A stretch of DNA of 61,216 nt. Origin: a virus (Duplodnaviria; Caudoviricetes). The stretch spans positions 1 to 61,216 of the IMG/VR virus record IMGVR_UViG_3300022221_000265. One strand, given 5' to 3'. Positions 1-7,508 of this stretch are shown here, piece after piece (the first letter of the stretch is position 1; each line of letters opens with the position of its first letter). The notes below the pieces were generated by a model that saw only the letters and a list, made by a program, of their open reading frames with translations, searched no databases and was not told the origin of the DNA. Made by a program: the position numbers and the translations under genes.

Positions 1-1495
1 GGACATCGAAATTACCCAGACGCAGGTCTCGAATGATCTCGATGCGCTCCACGGTATCGATGTCAGAATGCATGTAACGTACTCGTACACCATGTTCACT
101 GAGATAGTCTGTCAGGTCTTCCGCCATACGCTTGGTCAGAGTGGTGACCAGAATTCGCTCACCTTTGTCGGCTCGTTGATTAATTTCAGAAAGTAGGTCA
201 TCCACCTGGGTGGTAGCCGGTCTGATCTCTATCTTGGGATCGATGAGGCCGGTGGGTCGTACCACCTGTTCGACAATGGCTCCAGAATGTTCAGCCTCGT
301 AATCCGCCGGAGTGGCTGAGACATAGATGGTCTGGGGGGAGAGTTTTTCAAACTCGGCAAATTTGAGGGGTCGGTTATCCAGTGCCGAGGGCAAACGAAA
401 TCCGTATTCCACCAGATTCTCCTTCCTCGAACGGTCTCCCTTGTACATGGCCCCCACCTGAGGAATGGTGACATGGGACTCATCTATCACCAGCAGGGCA
501 TCATCGGGCAAGTAATCCATGAATGTTGGCGGTGGCTCTCCGGGATTACGGCCCGACAGATATCGGGAATAGTTTTCGATACCCGTGCAATAACCCAGTT
601 CCAGAATCATCTCCAGGTCGAAGCGGGTACGCTGTTCCAGGCGCTGTGCCTCCACCAGCTTGTTGGCCCCGTAGAGCTGCTCCAGGCGTTCTTTCAATTC
701 CACTTTGATGCACTCCATCGCATCGAGCAGGGTCTGGCGAGGCGTCACGTAATGGGTTTTGGGATAGATGGTGGCCCTGGGCACCTTTTTCAGCACCTCG
801 CCTGTGAGAGGATCGAAAAAGCTGATGGTTTCGATCTCATCATCGAACAGTTCCACTCGCACCGCATCTCGGTCCGAATCAGCAGGGAATATATCAATCA
901 CCTCGCCACGGACCCGGAAAGTACCTCGGTGCAGCTCAACGTCATTACGCTTGTACTGTAATTCGGATAAGCGGCGGAGTAGATTACGCTGGTCAATTTG
1001 ATCACCCCGATCCAGGTGTAACACCATGCCAAGATAGGATTTTGGATCACCCAGACCGTAGATGGCGGATACCGTGGCCACAATGATGGTATCTCGTCGT
1101 TCCAAAAGCGCCTTGGTGGCTGACAAACGCATTTGCTCAATATGCTCGTTGATCGAGGCGTCCTTCTCGATATAGGTATCCGAAGATGGAACATAGGCCT
1201 CGGGCTGGTAATAATCGTAATAGGAAACAAAATACTCGATCGCATTCTCGGGAAAGAACTCACGCATCTCACCATAGAGTTGAGCTGCCAGAGTCTTGTT
1301 GTGAGCCAGGATCAGGGTCGGCCGCTGAACTTCGTTGATGACATTGGCGATAGTGAAGGTCTTTCCGGAACCGGTCACCCCTAGCAGGGTCATGCCGGCC
1401 TCGCCATCATTCAGTCCTTCAACAAGGCCTTTTATGGCCAATGGCTGGTCACCAGCCGGTTGATAATCAGATTTGAGGATAAATTCTTTATACAT
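1..1495 (-). CDS. uvrB: Excinuclease ABC subunit B (3' end runs off the window)
   Basis: Manual minus-strand translation from ATG 1495: [18 protein letters not shown]...[16 protein letters not shown]...[40 protein letters not shown], the UvrB signature. It is absent from the ORF track because there is no stop in the window. Confidence 0.97.
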   Translation of the reverse strand, partial: MYKEFILKSDYQPAGDQPLAIKGLVEGLNDGEAGMTLLGVTGSGKTFTIANVINEVQRPTLILAHNKTLAAQLYGEMREFFPENAIEYFVSYYDYYQPEAYVPSSDTYIEKDASINEHIEQMRLSATKALLERRDTIIVATVSAIYGLGDPKSYLGMVLHLDRGDQIDQRNLLRRLSELQYKRNDVELHRGTFRVRGEVIDIFPADSDRDAVRVELFDDEIETISFFDPLTGEVLKKVPRATIYPKTHYVTPRQTLLDAMECIKVELKERLEQLYGANKLVEAQRLEQRTRFDLEMILELGYCTGIENYSRYLSGRNPGEPPPTFMDYLPDDALLVIDESHVTIPQVGAMYKGDRSRKENLVEYGFRLPSALDNRPLKFAEFEKLSPQTIYVSATPADYEAEHSGAIVEQVVRPTGLIDPKIEIRPATTQVDDLLSEINQRADKGERILVTTLTKRMAEDLTDYLSEHGVRVRYMHSDIDTVERIEIIRDLRLGNFDV

Positions 1496-1536
1496 ACCAT
1501 TTAGTCCGGGCGCGGATTCAAGTATATTACACGCCG

Positions 1537-2748
1537 TTGAAAACCCGCTGGAGAATCGAGGACACCCTGTTGGATATCAAACTTGCTGACCGCGTGATGC
1601 GCGTCAAACCATCGCCCACGCTCGCTATCACTGCCAGAGCAGCCGCTCTTAAAGCAGCGGGCAAGGATATCATTGGTTTGGGGGCAGGCGAACCCGATTT
1701 TGATACGCCGGAGCATATTAAGCAGGCCGCTATCCAGGCTATCAATGATGGATTTACCAAATACACGGCCGTGGATGGTACTGCAGAACTCAAACAGGCC
1801 ATTATCAATAAATTCCAGAATGAAAATGGCCTGAGCTATAAACCGGCCCAGGTGCTAGTTTCCTGTGGTGGTAAGCAGAGTTTTTACAATCTGGCCCAGG
1901 CCCTGCTCAACCCGGGTGATGAAGTCATTATCCCGGCCCCTTACTGGGTGTCATACCCGGATATGGTACTGTTGGGTGATGGCAGACCTGTCATTATCGC
2001 AACCAGCTATGAGCAAAACTTTAAAATCTCACCAGAACAACTGGAAGCGGCCATTACGCCAAAGACCCGCTTACTGGTACTAAACAGCCCATCAAACCCA
2101 ACGGGGCAAACCTACTCTAATGCAGAACTGGCGGCGCTGGGTGAGGTTTTACGTAAACACCCTGGTGTCCTGATTGCTTCAGATGATATGTACGAACATA
2201 TCCTCTGGGGAGATGAAGCTTTTTCAAATATCGTGACAGTATGCCCCGATCTCTATGAGCGAAGCATCGTCCTGAATGGTGTCTCTAAAGCCTATTCCAT
2301 GACCGGATGGCGGATTGGATATGCAGCAGGCCCTGAAAGCCTCATCAAGGCTATGAAAAAGATCCAGTCACAAAGTACTTCCAATCCAACTTCGATTGCT
2401 CAGGTTGCCGCACAGGCTGCCCTCGAAGGCGATCAAAGCTGTATTCAAACCATGCTCAAAACATTCAAGGAACGGCATGATATGCTTGTCGATGGTTTGA
2501 ACAAAATTGACGGGATTGAATGCCTGCCTTCTACAGGGACTTTTTACGCCTTTCCAAAAGTTGAAGGTTTGATTGAGAGACTCGATGGCATTTCAGATGA
2601 TTTACAACTGGCTGAATACCTGATCGAGCATGCAGGCCTCGCTCTGGTACCAGGTTCAGCTTTTGGAAGTGATGGCTATATGCGACTTTCCTATGCCACC
2701 AGCACTGAAAACCTGCAGGAAGCTATTAAACGCTTATCCGGTCTGTGA
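1537..2748 (+). CDS. aspC: PLP-dependent aspartate aminotransferase (class I/II); true start may be TTG 1570
   Basis: [40 protein letters not shown] (PLP lysine); divergent from uvrB. Confidence 0.9.
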   Translation: MKTRWRIEDTLLDIKLADRVMRVKPSPTLAITARAAALKAAGKDIIGLGAGEPDFDTPEHIKQAAIQAINDGFTKYTAVDGTAELKQAIINKFQNENGLSYKPAQVLVSCGGKQSFYNLAQALLNPGDEVIIPAPYWVSYPDMVLLGDGRPVIIATSYEQNFKISPEQLEAAITPKTRLLVLNSPSNPTGQTYSNAELAALGEVLRKHPGVLIASDDMYEHILWGDEAFSNIVTVCPDLYERSIVLNGVSKAYSMTGWRIGYAAGPESLIKAMKKIQSQSTSNPTSIAQVAAQAALEGDQSCIQTMLKTFKERHDMLVDGLNKIDGIECLPSTGTFYAFPKVEGLIERLDGISDDLQLAEYLIEHAGLALVPGSAFGSDGYMRLSYATSTENLQEAIKRLSGL

Positions 2749-2758
2749 AATAAATCAT

Positions 2759-2938
2759 CGTCAGACATATCCTACATAACATCGCTGCAACGTCCTACAG
2801 ACCCCCACATCCCAAATCGGTATCTTAGTTACCAACAAGGATGTGGGGGGTTGACAAGGATGTCTTTTAAAATCCCATGGCCGATGGAGTGGCCATGGGT
2901 ACCTTCTTTACAATAAACAGCATATAAAGGGATTTCAC
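2759..2938 (+). promoter_or_regulatory. GacA-box-like site plus CsrA/RsmA-type GGA motifs (fimT leader or Rsm-like sRNA)
   Basis: CGTCAG-N6-CCTACA at 2759-2776; ACAAGGATGT at 2835-2844 and 2854-2863; hairpin CCATGGCC-GATGGAGT-GGCCATGG near 2875-2898. Confidence 0.5.
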
Positions 2939-3541
2939 ATGGACGTTAAAACAAGTCACAAGACTGGCGACACCCGTATTACTTTTCAACAAACCCTCAT
3001 TTCAAATTACTGCAAAGGGCTGACCCTAATTGAGTTGGTCACGATCCTTGCTATCACCAGTATCACTTTAATGATAGGTGCTCCTGCCCTGGCTGGAGTG
3101 GTAAACAGTAATCGTGTTGCAACTGAACTAAACCATCTCAGTGCAACTTTACGATATGCTTGGTCTGAAGCAATTACAACCAACCAGATTGTTGTTGCAT
3201 GCCCTTCTTCAGATGGAAAGACATGCTTAAAAACCAAACAGTGGGAAAAGGGCTGGTTAATATATGTGGATAAGAATGATGATCGAAAACTTGATGCCGA
3301 TGATGAGATAAAAAGGGTTTTTGAGGCCATGCCGAAAGGCTTTTCTGTCACGTATAACGCATTTGGGCCACCTAGAAGGTATATTCCATTTTATCCTACG
3401 GATGGTATGCGTACTGATGGCACTTATAGTTTCTGTATAAAGGGTTTTCCAGAGTTAAGCCGAGCGCTTATCGTCTCAAAAGCCCGTCCGAGGGTAAGCA
3501 AAACCCTGCGCACAGGAAAACCGGTAAAATGTGCAAGTTAG
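2939..3541 (+). CDS. fimT: GspH/FimT-family pseudopilin / minor type IV pilin
   Basis: Prepilin site KG|LTLIELV plus hydrophobic helix; SEAI...VVACPSSDG.TC....WEKGWLIYVD. Confidence 0.85.
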   Translation: MDVKTSHKTGDTRITFQQTLISNYCKGLTLIELVTILAITSITLMIGAPALAGVVNSNRVATELNHLSATLRYAWSEAITTNQIVVACPSSDGKTCLKTKQWEKGWLIYVDKNDDRKLDADDEIKRVFEAMPKGFSVTYNAFGPPRRYIPFYPTDGMRTDGTYSFCIKGFPELSRALIVSKARPRVSKTLRTGKPVKCAS

Positions 3542-3563
3542 TGAAATTTAACCTTGAATCCTA

Positions 3564-3592
3564 TTGACCTAGGCTCAGTCCGACATTAGTAT
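3564..3592 (+). promoter_or_regulatory. sigma70 promoter of tRNA-Asn
   Basis: TTGACC-17 bp-TAGTAT, then a GC-rich discriminator, 12 bp before the tRNA. Confidence 0.7.
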
Positions 3593-3604
3593 ACGGCCCT
3601 CATT

Positions 3605-3680
3605 TCCCCGGTAGCTCAGTTGGTAGAGCAAATGACTGTTAATCATTGGGTCGGCGGTTCGAGCCCGTCCCGGGGAGCCA
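3605..3680 (+). tRNA. tRNA-Asn (GTT); its 3' part is the prophage attL
   Basis: 76 nt cloverleaf: TCCCCGG/CCGGGGA acceptor, AATGA-CTGTTAA-TCATT anticodon arm, GGCGG-TTCGAGC-CCGTC T arm, CCA end. Confidence 0.97.
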
Positions 3681-5231
3681 CACGGCCTTACTGAGCACCG
3701 CCCCCCCTTGAGTCATAAGTTTAAGGGGGTGGTATTCAACCACGGCAATCTTGTCTTTGATCAATATCTTGTCGATAAACAGCTGGAAAAAATCCCTCGC
3801 CTTTTTTGGGCTATCCATTGTTTTAATTATGCCGGTTAACAACGATCCCAGCTCCACGAGGTCTTCTGGTTTGATTTGAAATTGTGGGGGAGTTTCATTT
3901 TCTAATACAGATCTATTTGTAGACAGAGAGGTGAGCTCGTCCTTTATCGATCTCAGTCTGCTGGTTAAATCTGACAGGTTCGGGGTGTCGGTTCCATGCA
4001 GTTCCAACACATCAAATAAATTTCGCTGTCGTTCCTTTAGCTTTTTTATTTTTTTATCAATATCTATAATTTTTTTACTTTGATCTTTATCCCATGTATT
4101 ACAAAGACCACCGATCTCCTGGGCAACATCAATAAGCCGACCGCTATTAAATAATGTGCTACAGATATCAGCAACCAAAAAAGAATCCAGATCCCTGGCG
4201 CTGATCCGTCGAGCTTTATGTTTTCTGTTTTTCAATACGTTGCTGCAGATATAATACCAGTACCGCTTGGATCTTCCTTTCGAGCTAGTAATATGCAAAG
4301 GAGAACCACACTCCCCGCAAGTCAGCAGTCCAGTAAATATATATGAACTATTAGGGGAGCCGCTGTCGGTGTTGTTTCGATCGGACTGCAGCCTTTTCTG
4401 GGTTCTTTTCCAAAGATCATCAGAAATAATTGCCTCGTGGCTGTCGACAATAATCCACCTTGATCGATCGTTTTGTTTTCCTGTTGCTCGGTTGGTTCTG
4501 CCAAATACCGACTTGCCTCTCACTGTCTCATTTTTTAATAAATAACCTATAACCGTTTTATTCCATCTGGCCCCTCTGTTTTTATAGCCATTGTCGTTTA
4601 ACCATAAAGCTATAGACTTGGCGCCCAGTCCTTTGTTTGCTTTTAATTCAAATATTTTTCGACAAGCGTCTTTTTCATCAGGGTGAGGAGTTAGTCTTTT
4701 TCTTTTTGGGTTGTCGATATCCGGGACCACCATAAAGCCAAAAGGTGGCCGCCCTCCGTTCCAGTAACCTTGTTTTGCATTTGCAATCATTCCCCGCATG
4801 GTGTCCCTGGATGTGTCTCGGCTTTTTAGTTCATCCTTCATCTGGTAAATAGTTTCAAGCACAAAACCGTCAGTGGTCTCTGGATCAATATCAACGGTTA
4901 TATATTTAATGAACGTGCCAGCAGCTCGGACCCTGTGCCTGTTTATCGGCCCGTTAACGCTGTTACGACTAAAGCGAGACGTGTCCCAGGTAATAAAAAA
5001 ATCGACCTTGTTTATTTCACAAAATCGGATGGCGTCCTCGAGTTCGGGCCGGTTACCTCTCCAAGCTGACCGTGCAGTCCCTTCGGTGAATACATGCAAT
5101 ACTTTGGCGTCAAGGTCTTCGGCACACTTATGCCCTGCCTCTATTTGAGCAGGAATAGATACTTCCTTTTCTGCCTGTTTCCGGTCACTAACTCGGGCGT
5201 GAATAATGGCGGTCTTTTGTTGGTCAGTCAT
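3639..5231 (-). CDS. Large serine recombinase (prophage integrase); C-terminus reads through the tRNA antisense
   Basis: ARVS catalytic motif, WDTSRFSRN, recombinase domain, CGECG...YYIC zinc ribbon, coiled coil. Confidence 0.93.
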   Translation of the reverse strand: MTDQQKTAIIHARVSDRKQAEKEVSIPAQIEAGHKCAEDLDAKVLHVFTEGTARSAWRGNRPELEDAIRFCEINKVDFFITWDTSRFSRNSVNGPINRHRVRAAGTFIKYITVDIDPETTDGFVLETIYQMKDELKSRDTSRDTMRGMIANAKQGYWNGGRPPFGFMVVPDIDNPKRKRLTPHPDEKDACRKIFELKANKGLGAKSIALWLNDNGYKNRGARWNKTVIGYLLKNETVRGKSVFGRTNRATGKQNDRSRWIIVDSHEAIISDDLWKRTQKRLQSDRNNTDSGSPNSSYIFTGLLTCGECGSPLHITSSKGRSKRYWYYICSNVLKNRKHKARRISARDLDSFLVADICSTLFNSGRLIDVAQEIGGLCNTWDKDQSKKIIDIDKKIKKLKERQRNLFDVLELHGTDTPNLSDLTSRLRSIKDELTSLSTNRSVLENETPPQFQIKPEDLVELGSLLTGIIKTMDSPKKARDFFQLFIDKILIKDKIAVVEYHPLKLMTQGGAVLSKAVWLPGTGSNRRPND

Positions 5232-5728
5232 TTTTTAATTTTATATTTATTAATGATTCTTTGAATGTGAGTTAACGTCAGCTCCTCACCTAGTTCTGCC
5301 TTAATCATTTTTTTAATATCAGGGTGAGGCATTTCGGCCTGGGCGTAAGCCAGGATCAATTTTATCCTCTGCAGTCGTTTGAACTTTGCAAACAGTGGGA
5401 CCCTGATCCTCACTCTGTCCCTCTGTTCGCCCTCCAGGTTGACCTCGTCGAGAATCTGCCAGACAACTAGAAACTGGTCGACGCCAATCGATGCCGCGAT
5501 GCGTATCCATATCGATGACAGGCCCACCTCGGCCAATTCTGCCAGGCGAGGGTCGGCCAGAGGCGCGGCGTCGTTTTTAGTGCAGACATCCAGGTACCCA
5601 CCCCCCTCGGTGGGGGTGGGGGGGTGTGTATGCCGACCCCCCACCCCTACCCCTGAGCCTGGTGTTCTGGGGGTTGTGGGCTGCATAACGTCTGTCCTAC
5701 TGCGCTTTTGATCTTCTGCCATGGTCAT
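5228..5728 (-). CDS. Putative Mor/C-like transcriptional activator
   Basis: IAASIGVDQFLVVWQILD...IRVP resembles the Mor dimerisation region; C-terminal HTH-like LTLTHIQRII. Confidence 0.5.
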   Translation of the reverse strand: MTMAEDQKRSRTDVMQPTTPRTPGSGVGVGGRHTHPPTPTEGGGYLDVCTKNDAAPLADPRLAELAEVGLSSIWIRIAASIGVDQFLVVWQILDEVNLEGEQRDRVRIRVPLFAKFKRLQRIKLILAYAQAEMPHPDIKKMIKAELGEELTLTHIQRIINKYKIKK

Positions 5729-5963
5729 AAGCTCCTGATCTGTATAGGTCGGGGTGTGGGTCTACTGCGCTTTCTGACATTAAACGCAGTACAGAGGAGA
5801 TCCCGGAGGCTGGTGTTTTAGGCCGTTCCATAGGCGAGTTCCGGGGCCGTGCATGGCCCTGCTGCAGGCGTTGCAATCCATAGGTCTGAGGATTAAGGCA
5901 GGGGGCGGCTATCAATGTTCTAGGCGGCTGGCGGACGCGCAAATAGGCCTTTGTGCTAGTCAT
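5697..5963 (-). CDS. Hypothetical phage protein
   Basis: 88 aa ORF overlapping both neighbours in the operon. Confidence 0.45.
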   Translation of the reverse strand: MTSTKAYLRVRQPPRTLIAAPCLNPQTYGLQRLQQGHARPRNSPMERPKTPASGISSVLRLMSESAVDPHPDLYRSGAYDHGRRSKAQ

Positions 5964-6963
5964 TATTAATTTTCCTGATCAGTGGTGTCATGGGTGTCTC
6001 GATTTTTGCCAGTGGGCTGCTCTTATGGACCACCTGAGCCAAGCGTCGGGCAGCGACATGAGCATATATGTCTGAGGTTTTGGGGTCAGCGTGCCCCATC
6101 AAGGCCTGTATGGTTAGGGTATTAACCCCGTCCTCTGCCAGTTCGGTACCGTACAGGTGGCGGGCGGCCTTAGGGCTGAGCTCTCTCCTGGGAACACCGG
6201 CGGCCTCTCCATACTTGATAATCATTTCCCTGATAGCTTTCACCTTAATGCGGCGATTCTCTCCATGGTAGTCATGTGCTGGGATGGTCCTGTTCCTGGT
6301 TGAAATAAAAAGGACCTTCTCACCGTTATCCAGGAGGCGGTCGACCTGCTGCAGCTCAGGGTGGCCGAGATAGGCCTGAATAAATAAAGAGGCATCCAGT
6401 GGCATGGGAACCAGCCGCTCCTTGTTTCCTTTCTCAGTAATACGCACCACCAGCTGCTTATATTTTTTTTCGTCCAGGTAAAAGACCAGGTTTGACTCGT
6501 TGAGCTTTGAAACAAACGACGGGCGCAGGCCTCCACCGATAAATAATGAGAGGATCGTGGCATCCCGTAGGCCCTGGAAAGTATCAAGGTCAGGCTGTTT
6601 TAATAATTTTTCTGCACTGCTTAACTGCATCCCGAAAGGCAGGGGCCGGCCTGCTTTGGGGTAGATAAGATCCTCAGCTGGGTTTGTGTTGATCTTCTGG
6701 TTTTTAAAAAGCCATTTATAAAAACCACGGATGGCAGCAATTAAAGGTCGGCGGGTCCTGGCCGACAAACCTTGTTCATGGGCGTGCATGCTGGAAAATT
6801 GCACCAGGTCGTCCCGGGTTAACTCCAGCAGCTGTTTGTCGTTATCAGTGGACCAGTCGACCAGCCTCTCCAGGAAGTTCTTATACTTGTTAGCCGTGGC
6901 CTCAGCATTGCCAACAGTCAGCAGGTGATACTGGGCAAAGTCATTAATTAACTCTTTTTCCAT
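5956..6963 (-). CDS. XerC/D-like tyrosine recombinase
   Basis: Core-binding region (IAAIRGFYKWL...NPA), GLR, EKGNKER, SPKAARH, LMGHADPKTSDIY. Confidence 0.9.
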   Translation of the reverse strand: MEKELINDFAQYHLLTVGNAEATANKYKNFLERLVDWSTDNDKQLLELTRDDLVQFSSMHAHEQGLSARTRRPLIAAIRGFYKWLFKNQKINTNPAEDLIYPKAGRPLPFGMQLSSAEKLLKQPDLDTFQGLRDATILSLFIGGGLRPSFVSKLNESNLVFYLDEKKYKQLVVRITEKGNKERLVPMPLDASLFIQAYLGHPELQQVDRLLDNGEKVLFISTRNRTIPAHDYHGENRRIKVKAIREMIIKYGEAAGVPRRELSPKAARHLYGTELAEDGVNTLTIQALMGHADPKTSDIYAHVAARRLAQVVHKSSPLAKIETPMTPLIRKINND

Positions 6964-7011
6964 GTGAATTTAAGCCTCATTCTCACAATAAAAAGGACCA
7001 GGGGCAGATCT

Positions 7012-7387
7012 ACCCGTGGAGTGGTGGATTTTGCCCTTTTTTCGGGTTAAGTCTCTGATAAGTATAGGAAACTGACTACACACAAAACCCACCAAAACCG
7101 GGGGGAAGCCTGAAAAAGTGGTGGAACAAATTTTAACCAATGGGTAAAAGTGGTGGATGGCTGTTTTCGCCTGTTCTAGCCCTGCCCTTTTATATATTTC
7201 TTTCTTTTTTAATAACTTAAAAAAAGATAGATAGATATAGAGGCCTAAATTAAGAAAATAGGCATGTGTAGAAAAATAGAAAAGTGGTGTAGATATTTTG
7301 AGTTTCTGTGTAGTTTTCGCGCCGAGTCGGCATAGAAACCTGTCCAGCATCAAACACTTATAAATAAAACTAATCAAATCCACGGGT
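7012..7387. other. Putative phage replication origin
   Basis: Directly downstream of the primase. RAGTGGTG(G/T)A repeats near 7019, 7116, 7148 and 7282; AT-rich tract ~7190-7260; flanking inverted repeat ACCCGTGGA (7012) / TCCACGGGT (7379). Confidence 0.6.
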
Positions 7388-7508
7388 TTTAAAAAACCTG
7401 CCCGCCAATCCTTTGACGAACCGAGTCCGCCCCCGTTTTTATTGCCATGTTTTTTTTGTGGCGGCCAGCGGTAACTTTTGGGGGGCAAGGGGGGGGCGGT
7501 TCCAGGCA

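Noticed and set aside
229-1384. Short track ORFs such as 473-961 (+)
   Set aside because: They are shadows of uvrB on the minus strand.
5595-5655. G/C runs as a G-quadruplex or pac site
   Set aside because: They lie in a Pro/Gly-coding stretch and there is no independent support.
5956-6963. Protelomerase / linear phage-plasmid
   Set aside because: Xer-like size and architecture, no long palindromic tel site seen, and the element is integrated.
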